A stretch of 63,044 bases of DNA, filler included, from Sphacelaria rigidula (taxonomy: Eukaryota): assembly GCA_964200075.2 (NCBI GenBank). It is 8 parts of 8 records of this genome, joined end to end, with 100 filler letters (N's around TTAATTAATTAA, not from the genome) between each part and the next. Parts side by side here need not be neighbours in the genome. Positions count along the whole stretch, not along the records: positions 47,361 to 55,152 come from CAXNAA020013445.1; positions 55,253 to 63,044 come from CAXNAA020013446.1; 6 more parts are not named here. The stretch is one strand, 5' to 3'. The notes under the pieces are model-generated. The model worked only from the letters and a program-made list of their open reading frames with translations. It made no database searches and was not told the DNA's origin. Both the position numbers and the translations under genes were made by a program. Positions 52,458 through 63,044 of the stretch are shown here, piece by piece. Numbering within the stretch: the stretch's first letter is position 1; each line of letters begins with the position of its first letter.

Positions 52458-53342
52458 TCATTACCCAGGTTGTGAATTAAAACGCGGGGATTCATTCCCG
52501 CCAGATGCCCTCGGGTGTTCTCTTCGAAGTACCTGATTTCCACAGTTGAAAGTGCGAGAATGTGACTAGCAAAAACTAGTTGGCTGAATTATTTTGACGA
52601 GAGTTGACGCGGTGCGGGAGTGCTGACCCAATCCGCGAGATCAGCATGCGAGGATTGTAACGGGGAGAGAGACGGGTTGATCGATCCTCTGAGAGCACTA
52701 GACCATTAGACAACGGACTCGCCCCGAGGAAGAGCAGGAGTTCCGAGTATGACACGGTGAAATTCGAATTGAAATCGAAATATATGAAGCAACGATTATT
52801 TGCTTCCAGGTAAAATGCATGAGTGCAAACAAGTGGTTGTTGGTGAACACTTCAGGTCGCCAAGACCAGCACCACCTCATAGGCATGCGGTGAGAACTTG
52901 ACCTGGGACATTTGAGCTTCAGGGTAACTGTTCTCTGTATTTGACACAAAAAAAAATGAAATATTACCCTTAATATACATCGGACGACATGTGTCACCCT
53001 ACTGAGCAGGAGCCTAGCCCACGATCCCATGTCGCTAGGCTCGTACGTTTCGAGGACGACCCCTCAACAAAAATCTAACGTTCAGTCGATTGATTGATTT
53101 TAATTGAATGTCGCACTTACGCCGTGTCTCAGCACATCATGTTTCGATGAAAAGAGTGCGATGAAAAACAAAAATTCCGATTTTTGATGATAATAAGTCG
53201 CGATTTCAACCATCTTCGAAAATAAAATTAAATAAGTTCAGTAGTTGAAATCACGAGCTATCAGAACGGAGTTGTCCTTTTCCACCGCACATTTTCGATC
53301 GAAAAACAAAATGCTACGTAAGTAAGACATGCCTTTATTATA

Positions 53343-53458
53343 CCCTTTGGGAACCCATTGACCATTTTTGTTTCTGTGAATCGGCACCATTTTGACTTGA
53401 TAATGACTCAAGATGATGCCGATTCACAAAAAAAAATGGTCAATGGGTTCCAAAAGGG
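53343..53458. mobile_element. piggyBac-like MITE (116 bp)
   Basis: TATA|CCCTTTGGGAACCCATTGACCATTTTT...AAAAATGGTCAATGGGTTCCAAAAGGG|TTAA. Confidence 0.8.
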
Positions 53459-53860
53459 TTAACTTGCTAATTTGGCGCACACCAATGTATTCCCCAGGGA
53501 CCCACCCAGCCCTACCCAAGACAAGAAAAAAAACGGACTGAACGTGGGAGAAAATGTTGTATCTGCGGTTAAATTCGTATCCTACCCTCTACACATCCTT
53601 ATAGAAGAGTCATGTTACGCTGGGGGTAGGGAGGGGAAGGGGGGGGTTTGGGCCACTTCTTTCACGAAATTCTACTTCAAATCTTCTTTGAAAGCAGCAA
53701 CGGTTGTTCAAGCGCGCTTATTACCGATAAATAACGCTCATGAATACCGATTGACGCCGTTTGTACCTTATTACAAGTGCACCGCGAGTGTGTTAAGTCA
53801 TCTGACACACCTGTGAGCCCCCTTTTTCGTGGAAGCAGAATACCCCCCCCCCGCGCGCGC

Positions 53861-54150
53861 AGAATGTGAACTATACAAGGAGGAACGGGACGCGCTAAAG
53901 GGGGAAATGTCGGACGTGAACAAAGAATGGCATGAAATCGTTTGATACATTAGACAGTAGCGAGAAAACGATGGCTATACTACGAGATAAATGGTGACCA
54001 AAGACGGCGAAACAGGACGGGAATAAGATATGTAAAAGGTTCTTGTGCAGAGTATGAACGAGACGTAATGAGCGCCGGAATGTTGAAGGTATCTCTACTA
54101 GGAGTGAGAACGGTGCTCCGTCTCAAAAGGGATGCGAGGCTAATGGTCTT
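53861..54150 (+). mobile_element. LINE ORF2 C-terminal (3') fragment, decayed
   Basis: ECELYKEERDALKGEM..SFDTLDSSEKTMAILRDKW..KICKRFLC resembles the post-RT C-terminus of non-LTR elements (recalled, not searched). Confidence 0.65.
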
Positions 54151-54196
54151 TGACTATGGCATGCATGATCATGAGTACACCCCTATGGTGACATTA

Positions 54197-54506
54197 CAGT
54201 AGCGGCTACGGTTTAAGAGAGGGCCGGGACAAGCCAATTTCTCTCTCTAAGCTTTCTCTTATACCGTATTGGCTACGGTATGAGAGAATATTATATTCAA
54301 CCATATTTCATTTGGTATAAGAGAATACTCTGCAGCTGTGTGTGTGTGGATTGATGTATGTGATGCTCTCGTGGTTTGATTCAAGATAAAATCTCGGAAA
54401 TAAGAGGGATTCTCTCTTCAATCAATTGTGGTCACTAAAGCCAGTTTCACTCTCTTAAATCCATACTTTCTCCTGAAGAAGTTGTCTTAAACCATAGCCA
54501 CTACTG
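54197..54506. mobile_element. Tc1/mariner-like MITE
   Basis: TA|CAGTAGCGGCTACGGTTTAAGA...TCTTAAACCATAGCCACTACTG|TA. Confidence 0.85.
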
Positions 54507-55756
54507 TACCATACCCTGGATAACGACAATAGCATACACAGTCAAAACTTTTACTGCGTACAGTATCGACTATTGCGCCTATTGCAATAGACAATAGATT
54601 CCATACTCTACGCAGTGCATTTTTGACAAAAGAATCTAATGTCCAGGGTGTGGACATTACTCAGAATACTGTCGTAGATCGGCGCGTGTACTGCGCCAAG
54701 TTGAAAGGGGGTTCTAGCGGAACTTCCGCACTGCCTTGATCAAAGTATTCCGAACTCTCGGGGCGTCTACCCCATGAGAGCGCTACACGGCAGTCTAGCC
54801 GATCCTCCGGGTCATCGGCACACGAAACCATTAGCGGGGGGGGATAAGTGTCGGGTAAGACTTCCTCCTTCTTCTGACAGAAAATGTATATATCTATCTA
54901 TATATATATATATATTAATCCCAGCAGATCTGAAGGATTTTTTTTCTCTCCACCCCGTTGAACTCGGGGAAGCTGATTCTCATATTTTTCTTGGCGTCTC
55001 GCTTATCATTCCTACTTTGTTAATGTTTTTAGTTCATCGCGTTTGTTCTTGAAAATTAGGCTGGAGGCTACAAACAAATTAGGGCAATGGCCTAGAAAAG
55101 GTATACCTTCTCGTTTTTTGCCTAGGAAAGGTACGAAAAATGGCCAGAAACGNNNNNNNNNNNNNNNNNNNNNNNNNNNNNNNNNNNNNNNNNNNNTTAA
55201 TTAATTAANNNNNNNNNNNNNNNNNNNNNNNNNNNNNNNNNNNNNNNNNNNNTTTGTTTTTTTTGTGTGGTTTTTTTGTTGTTGTTTGTTGTGGGTGGTG
55301 GTGGGGGGGGGGGGGGGGGGGGGGGGGTGCACTCATTTGTTGCTTGCCTTTGTCGTTTCACCATTGACCACGCATCCCTTTTGAGACGAAGCATCGTGCT
55401 AGGGGGGGAGGAATTTTCCGGACTTGATATCGCGATAGCCGCTCCCAAAAAAAAATTCTGGTTGGGAGATGAAAAATCTACATACAAATCGAAATGAAAG
55501 AGGCCGCGCACACCGAGCAGCGAACTTCCACGCTTGGGATCGTTTTCGCCACTTTTGTCCACATGAAGAAAAAGACCGGCGATCAAGTGCTGTATGGCCA
55601 TTTTCTTCGCGACAAGTTTGGGGCTAGTTTGGAGAGGGAAGGGGAGGGGGGGGGGGGGGGGGGGGGGCAAAACCCCCCCGTAAAATTGGGGGTTTTTTTT
55701 GTTTTTGGGGCCCCGGTGTTTTCCCCTAAAAAGAAGGNNNNNNNNNNGGGTGTTGT

Positions 55757-55818
<62 letters not shown>

Positions 55819-55976
55819 CGCGGCATAACTCCCACGTTAAATTCGGGGATTCCTTTGCTGTTGAGAGCCTCGTGTATTCACCTATAAATATAACATAATA
55901 TGAAGGTGCTTGGTTTGCCGTCGGCCGCGTGCTTGGCTTGCTATCGTTGGCCGCGTGTTCGCGCCGTACTTCCCAG

Positions 55977-56064
55977 GTACAACTTCGCCGCAGAATGCCT
56001 CGGGGCCGGGATTCGCTTGGGAGGCCACGTGATCGACGACTTCGTATATGGTGTCGAGAACGAT
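55977..56064 (+). CDS. Beta-helix (pectin-lyase-like, FirrV-1-B30/EsV-1-164-like) + WSC protein, first visible exon; gene is 5'-partial
   Basis: CAG|(R)YNFAAECLGAGIRLGGHVIDDFVYGVEND|GTGAGT. Confidence 0.8.
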
Positions 56065-57379
56065 GTGAGTTTTGACGGTCGTATGTTTCAAGGGCGTGTA
56101 GAGCAGGGTATACCCGATAATGTGTACTCTATATTTCTTGTATTATGAAGGATGGAGATCCGACCCATGCCCACAGCATGAGCCAGCCCAGTGTTGTTAT
56201 TCCCCTCTCTATCGCCAATGCAAGTCATTTTTTTACTTACGCAGCTTATGTGCGACTTTGCAAAGTTCCAAAATATCGGGGCATATCCTACCCGACATGC
56301 CCTTGGAGATCTTGCACCCGACCCATGCCCACAGCGGCAGCCAGCTCAGTGTTGTTGTTCCCCTCTCCATCGCCAATGCAAGTCATTTTGGCTGACTTAG
56401 GCAGGTCATGCGACACTTTCTACTCTAGACCCCCCCCAAAACCAGCTAAAAGTGTCACGAAAAAAATTGCCATACAGCTGCGGATGTTCGGGTTCAGGCT
56501 ATATGAAACACCTCATATATTGGCGACATTGGCTAGAACGAACCCAAGTATGGGAATTCCCAGCTTCTCGTCGTGCTCGACTTTTTCCCGTTTCGATTTA
56601 CGTGAAGATTTCGCCTCCCAAAACCATGCACTTTTTGGGGGGGGGAGCTATCGCAGAAAGTTTCATTTGCGACTTTCCAAAGTTCCAAAAACTCGGGGTA
56701 TACCATACCCGACGCGCCCTTGGAGATCGTGCGCCAACAAAAATACTGTACTATTATACCATCTCCTCCGTTTCCCGGGCAAATATTTTTTCGTTCGTCT
56801 ATATTTCTGTTCGATTTCGGTGATGATGCGGGCGCATTGGATGGCGTATACATGCGGCTTGTATGCGTGAAGAACACGCATCCCGTTTTTGTGTTTTTGA
56901 TGTAAAGAGACTTCGATTCGCATTCCTATTTTGTCAAGCGTAACTCTTTTTGTCGGCACATACGCCACGAAAAATTGATGACACTTTCCTTTCTCGAAAA
57001 CTTGCTTGAATTCGGATGTTGACAACACTTTACTTCCTCGAAAACTTGCATTGAAACGTCAGAGTTTTGTTGCATGTGTTGCGTACGAAAAACGTGAGAG
57101 TTTTGGGAAGCTGCCACGGGGTCGCTAGAGCTGACGAAATATTGATGCTTCCCCGAACCTTTTGCCTGTTTCAAACGCTATAACAAATGTATATATATAT
57201 ATATTTACATATAGTCTTACATGAACGCATTTTAATCGTTTTGATCTGATTTGTATTGAAGCAGCCTTTGCCTGCTCGCAAAAAAGCAAGGGGGCAGAGA
57301 GAGAGACAAGAGAGATGAGAGAAATCTACACCACGGTGCTAACGTTGCGTCCCATTTCATGTCCATGCCCAATGATCAG

Positions 57380-57495
57380 GTGTACGGCAACCACTTTGAA
57401 AGTACCGGCGTTGGATCTATCAAGGCTATGCAGGTGCCTCAAGGAATCGTGTGCGGAAACACATGCGATGGCGACTGCGACGTTACCGAGACGGG
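57380..57495 (+). CDS. Beta-helix + WSC protein exon
   Basis: CAG|VYGNHFESTGVGSIKAMQVPQGIVCGNTCDGDCDVTET(G)|GTGAGA; phases fit the neighbouring exons. Confidence 0.82.
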
Positions 57496-58371
57496 GTGAG
57501 AGCTTAGATTCACTCTGATCGCTGTATGTAGGGGCATCGCACGATCTCGCCGGCCGGGTTTTCCTCCGCCTTGTGAATGCAAGTATTATTTCTCTCCGTA
57601 ACGTTCCCATGTTTGGTAGTGTACTGTAGGGCACACACACTGGCTGTTGTTGTTCTCTATTGACATGTAACCTCCTTCTCTGATGTAGACGTAGCATCCC
57701 AGCATTAACGTACATCTGGAATATCCATGTGAGATGTCAGATGCCATCCGATACATCCATGTAGGGTATGGATATTCCTCTTGAGATGTCCAAACGGGAC
57801 TTGATGAGCGATACCGCGATGTTGTAGCCCCCCTCTCAACCAACCCCAAAACTGTCACGGAGGAGATGGCCATGCAGCGCATGACAGCTGATTTCATACT
57901 GATTGCATGACAAACGCCTCATATCATGCGACATCGGTGAAAACGATCCCACGCGATGAGAGTTCCCGGTTGCTAGGCGTGCTCGGCGTTTTTGTCATTT
58001 ATTTTGGTTCCACCTTATAGATTTTTCCTCCTCAAACGAGTCGTTTTTCTGGGGAGGGGGACCATCCGGCATCACTCCCTCATCTCAGGTGGACGTACAG
58101 GACGGATACTCTTTTCACAGATGAACGTCTATATCCCAGATGATCCAGAGGGACATCCCAAGCGGACATTCATATTCCAGATAGATGCAACCTCAGATAG
58201 ATGGACATGATTTTCCAGATGGATAGCCCGGATAGAGGTTGAACGACAGGGCTAGGCACCCCCGGGGGTCACATCAGTTCTAACCAGTAGCCCCCGCCCC
58301 CGTCCCCTCCGCCCCTTTCTCCCTCGATTCGCTGCCGCCCCACCCCCGTTTGCGCGGTGATTTTTTCGTAG

Positions 58372-58636
58372 GGACGACGAAGTCATTTCCATGACCTGGG
58401 ATCAGGAGTGCACGGAGACGTTTCCTTCTGTGCCTTTCATCGACGACATGGATGTGTCTTCTCCCGCTACTAACGTCACGGGGGCGTCGACCTCCGATGA
58501 CGACACGGGCGTGGCCATCGGCAGCATCTCGACCTCACCGTTCTCCCCAACATCGACGTTCGTTGGCTGCTTCGCTGACGAGGAAACGTCGCGCATCATG
58601 CGCTTGGCTTTGAAGGACACTGCCATGACTACACAG
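58372..58636 (+). CDS. Beta-helix + WSC protein exon (S/T-rich linker and start of WSC domain)
   Basis: TAG|DDEVISMTWDQEC...FVGCFADEETSRIM..AMTTQ|GTGAGA. Confidence 0.9.
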
Positions 58637-59086
58637 GTGAGAGAGCTCACGGTACAGCCACAGCACGTAGTAGGTGCATACGAGTGCGGAGATTTCGTTC
58701 TGAGTTCAGCGCACGCAGCGGTTTTCCGCTGCTGTGATTTGGATGATTTTCTCGCGCCCGCGTGCCAGGGACGCACTTGAAGCTCGCATCTTGTTGTTGT
58801 GCTATTGTTCTCGTATTAACCCTTATGGTTGGGCTCAGGGTTACGGTTAGTGTTGTGGTTGGGGTCATGAGCGCGGTCCCTGCAGGGACTGGCCCGAGCG
58901 GTCTTGAAAAACGTGTCGGTCTCGGGGTGTTTTGAACTCCGATGCGGTCCAAAAAGCACGCGATCCGCTCACACATTAGTTACAACGGTCTATTTCGGGG
59001 ACATTTCACCGATTCTCTTCCTCTTCTCTCCCGTATGTCTTGCTGCCAACTCTACTGCCTCAACAACTAAAAAAAACACGAAACAG

Positions 59087-59143
59087 ATGTGTGAAGACGA
59101 GTGCGAAGGCAGCGAGGTCTTCGGGACGCAGTTCGGGCACGAG
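59087..59143 (+). CDS. WSC domain exon
   Basis: CAG|MCEDECEGSEVFGTQFGHE|GTGAGA. Confidence 0.92.
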
Positions 59144-59551
59144 GTGAGAGAAGTTTACCTACATTAGTTTTTTCACGACGAAACGATACCGCGGAAGTTA
59201 CCAGTTGGTGCTGTGGTCTTACCTCCCAACCTCCCAAACAACAATAGCGTTCGGGTGTTCGAAGATAAATTTAGCCAGTTGTCACGGCGATACGATACCG
59301 CGGAGGTTATCAAGTGGGGTAGTTTTCCAACCTCTCCAACAATACAGTAGTAGTGGTCGGTATTCGAACGTAGTTCTCAGGGCAAACAAGCAGAAGCCGT
59401 CTGTACTTTCTTCGTCGTTAGAATTTGGGAGCAGAGGGTATTGAGTGCGATGTCTCGCCAGCCAACAGCGACCCCCGTCTGCGTAGCTATCAGCTGACCT
59501 GTCGCGTACCACGTCCAATCGGTTTTCTTCCCGCGTGCGAATGTCGAGCAG

Positions 59552-59683
59552 TGCTGGTGCAGCGACAATGACGAAGGTTACCTCGTGCACGGAGAATCCG
59601 ACGAGTGCAACACCGTGTGCGCGGGGGATGCTAACCAAATATGTGGAGGAGAGTGGAGCATGAGTGTCTACCAATACGAATAG
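59552..59683 (+). CDS. WSC domain terminal exon
   Basis: CAG|CWCSDNDEGYLVHGESDECNTVCAGDANQICGGEWSMSVYQYE-stop; completes the 8-Cys WSC pattern. Confidence 0.93.
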   Translation, partial: CWCSDNDEGYLVHGESDECNTVCAGDANQICGGEWSMSVYQYE

Positions 59684-60226
59684 GCGCACGGAGGAAGAGC
59701 CCTTGGTGACCCATTTGCTCGGGTTCGAAGTAGAAGTACTTTCCAATAGCTCCACGGAAATGCCTCATTACGCTGCTGTAGTTTCTTACCGAAATGAAAA
59801 AGTGGCATCACCACAACAGTGTCTAATCGGTTTCGCGTGTTGTTTTGTTCTTAACGGTGTGAAAAAGTGAATCAGCTTGATTTGTGAGTTACCTCCCTTC
59901 ACAAAGTTGCTTTTTGTGCAGATCTTAAAACCGGTCGTTCGCATAAGCGTGTACTATGGACGTGTCTCAGCCGAAGCGTGGTGCAGTAGAGCACCACGGT
60001 GGGGAGGGTGCGGTGCGGTGCGATTCAATAGTGGAAGGGGTAGGTAGTGATCAATTGAAGCAGGCGTCTAAACACATCTCGGGTCTGGATGATTGTTACA
60101 TACTGATCCCGGAGAGAACGGGGCTGAACAGCTCCCGGTGAGACTTTCGCCTCCAATCGTCTCGACGGCTGCGACAGGCATGGCGCCGAGACGAAGCTTC
60201 TTAAGGTATAAATACGTGCATAATTA

Positions 60227-60834
60227 AGGCACCTCGAACTCGAGGTTACCGAGGTATTCACCTGCAAATTGCTGTGAAATATACCGGGAATGTCAAGAGT
60301 TTTGAGAGGTTGGCGTCTGTTTCTGCTCGACACGGATAAAATTTCGGTTGAGTTCAGTGTTGCCCTAGTTTGTGGTGTATGGATACTGCCGGCTGACCCG
60401 AGAGTCGGGCTCCAAAGGTGCAGGGGGTGATGGGTGGCGTTGTTGCTCGTAATCGGTATGTGCTTGCTACTACTACGAGTGTTGCTGTTACCGGAGCATT
60501 TTTGTATTGGACTCTCGTGGCATTGAGGTATCTCACACTCGAGGTTCCCGAGATATTCAACGGTAAATTGCTGTGAGATATGCCGGGAATGATGGAGTTT
60601 GAGATGCCTCTAAAACCATCGGTTGGCGTTCGTTCCTGCTCGCCACGGTTGAAATTCCGGTTGAGTTCAGTGTTGCCCTAGTTGTTTTGTGGTGTGTGAA
60701 TACTGCCGGCTGATCCGAGTCGGAATCCAAACGTGCAGGGGGGTGACGAGTGTCGTTGTCGTTCGTAATCGGTACGTGGTCGCTTACTACATTGTTGTTT
60801 CCGGCGCATTTTTGTATTAAAAACGCTCGTGGCA
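60227..60834 (+). repeat. Diverged tandem duplication with ~300-bp unit
   Basis: Units start at 60227 and 60526 and share CGGTTGAGTTCAGTGTTGCCCTAGTT among other blocks. Confidence 0.85.
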
Positions 60835-62779
60835 GATTCTGTGAAAAAACCCGCGGACTGTGTTTTCCCTCTGATGACATGTCTTGTATATTTTTCGTCT
60901 TCCCTGCTTCTGTTGTGCAGTTGCCGCCTTGTGAGTTTCGCCTGCTAGAGATGTTCTCTTTTGTGCTCCGACCGTCACTCCAAATGTACAAGAGTGTTGG
61001 ATGTAAATCAGCACATGATTGGATGTAAACAGCATGAGAAATTAGCGAGGGCACATCTATGGTACGGTGGGAATGGGTGAGGTGAGGGTGAGGGGGAAGG
61101 GGAGAATGGGCTACCGACGGCTTGGTTGCGTAGACAAGGAGCAGCTTGATAAGTGTTCCGGGTATTGTCCTGAAATGACTTGATGCTCAGAAGAAGGGTA
61201 TGCCGTTTTGGTCTTAACGGAGAGGATGATGCGAGCTTGGGCGGTTTGTGCCAGGTGTGGGTTTCGTATTTGGTGAGAGTGTGATGGAGTGTCCGTGAAC
61301 GTTGATGGACTACCTGTCCTACCGATGTGTAGATTGAGGAGCGGTTTCTTTTTGTGAGCTATGCAATAGTGACCATGTAGCTTTCATCACAAAATGGATG
61401 AAAATGGATGAAAATGGGTGAAAATGGGTGAAAGTGGATGAAAGTGGGTAGAAAATATAGTCCGTGAATAACGGCCCTAATAGTACTGGATAGCGGGAGC
61501 TCCACTTAAGTGCGATACAGTGCCGGACGCACCGCACGGGACCCTTGATCAACGGTGTGGTAATGGAATGGTGAATGTCTCTTTGGTGTCCATTATTTGA
61601 TTATTTTATTTATATGACATGTTCGAGTGAGTTCAAGTTTCCGAGGATGCATGCATCGTAGGACGGTGAGATAACAATGATGGGGGTGATGCTACGTTAC
61701 AAAAATGTATAGTATGATTGTATGTGAACTTCGTGAAACTATGAAACCATGTAGTGCTGTTTCATTTGTAGCTTTGATGTAGATATCTTTCCTCGTGTAG
61801 CCACATAAGCACGTAGGATACTGCAGTAAGAAGTGTGCTGCTATGGTTTGTTATACAGTATTGTACGATATCAAGGTAGCTAGATCACGTAGCTTGCAGA
61901 AGATGTAGTCCGCGAGCTGGAAAGACAGCGTCAGCAGTGTTAAATTGAGGATGCGATCTAGTCTCACGTGCGCATAGGGAATTTGGCTTCTTGTTCCAGG
62001 ATTGAGGGCGCTTGGACTCAGCCGCTTCGGTGCCCAACGCACTCACTCTCCCCTTTGTTTCCTCAGCCCTCTGCTTGCAAAAGAGGCTGTTTGATTTTGT
62101 CTTGGCCAAGTGAAGAGCTCCCAAACACCGTCTGTGTTTTCGATCTTGTGCTGCAAAAGTAAGTGGTCTAATCACCACGGTGCAATCTCTGGCATATACT
62201 TCAGTCTGTACGACAGTGGTCGGTCTGTCTTGAGGACATGGTACCATACAACACGAGCCAATATTCCCAACAGGTTATGAGCCTCAATTCGCGACCACAC
62301 AAGTCAGCACCAGCGAAAGGACTTCCCATCAAGATCACAGTAGCAAACAGTGAGAATATCCCAGTCCTCAGATTTTTAATTGCACAAGTTTTTAGGTGTG
62401 ATGAAGTTTTGCACATTACAACAGATGAATAACCACGAAGAGCCATCAGCTGCACAGCTCACCAAAAACACCAGTAAATTCGACGACACTAACTTCCTCT
62501 AATGGAAGCGAAACGCTTGCGCCATCATCTCCCTAACGCATCCAGGGATAGCTGACATCATCAATGCGGGTATTCGCCCCATAGAAGTTGTTGATGACGT
62601 TGAGCGCATTCAAGGTGTTGAATCACTTCTAGTTGTACGATGAACGCCAAGACCATGTCCGATGGAGACCCGCTCAGGAGGCCATCAGCTGCACACCAGT
62701 CGTTCGCGGTCTTCACCTGAAGGGGCAGCCGTTGCAAGGGATCAAGTTGGGGGCCCTGCTGGGAGCGCGGTGGACTTCT

Positions 62780-62985
62780 GCCGTGAAGAAACACAAGTAA
62801 GGACTGTTGTGAACAAACCTGACGATGACTGGGTCCTCCGCAGACCGCTGATCAATCACTTCCACCGAGCCTGCTCCGAGGGTGTCGAACAACAGCGGGG
62901 ACGAAATACAACCTTGTAGCCCCTGGCAGACGTGGAACCACGCTGATAGTTCGCCGCCATCTACACACGTGGGCAAATAGCACCT
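62780..62985 (-). mobile_element. RTE-like LINE reverse transcriptase fragment (decayed)
   Basis: DGGELSAWFHVCQGLQGCISSPLLF corresponds to the non-LTR RT motif GLRQGCxLSPLLF. Confidence 0.8.
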
Positions 62986-63044
62986 TCTACAGGGTTCAGC
63001 AACCCCGTACAGCATTTGCAACCCCTAGTATCTCTACCAGCATA

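Noticed and set aside
7796..55252. Regularly spaced TTAATTAATTAA palindromes every ~7.9 kb
   Set aside because: These are artificial six-frame-stop linkers inside N runs, and the spacing reflects length-sorted contigs. No linkage between genes on different contigs can be inferred.
55197..55898. Poly-Pro and poly-Gly ORFs (also ~29170-29786 and 27146-27566)
   Set aside because: They arise from G/C homopolymers and repeats, partly next to 10-N gaps, so run lengths are unreliable. Only 27323-27389 is a real exon.

Overview
This window is not one locus. It is eight unlinked contigs of 7795, 7794, 7794, 7793 and 4x7792 bp, apparently sorted by length and joined by artificial 100-bp spacers (44N-TTAATTAATTAA-44N). 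The DNA is eukaryotic, intron-rich and dense in transposons. Gene content and TE families fit a brown alga (Phaeophyceae); this is an inference. Three 5'-partial spliced host genes can be rebuilt with phase-consistent GT-AG exons: an AGC-group Ser/Thr kinase (contig 1, minus), a triose-phosphate/phosphate translocator family member (contig 4, plus), and a beta-helix protein resembling the phaeovirus-related FirrV-1-B30/EsV-1-164 family fused to a C-terminal WSC domain (contig 8, plus). The rest is mainly decayed Ty3/Gypsy elements, LTRs, LINE fragments and non-autonomous DNA elements (hAT-, PIF/Harbinger-, piggyBac- and Tc1/mariner-like). The most interesting observations are: an extra ~130-aa domain after the chromodomain of a Gypsy Pol; the virus-like beta-helix/WSC fusion; a conserved repeat core with interchangeable flanking arms; a palindromic axis shared by two Gypsy protease copies; an ~85-bp hairpin array; and a MITE carrying TTAGGG-like repeats. 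No CRISPR array, rRNA gene or convincing new multi-gene system was found.
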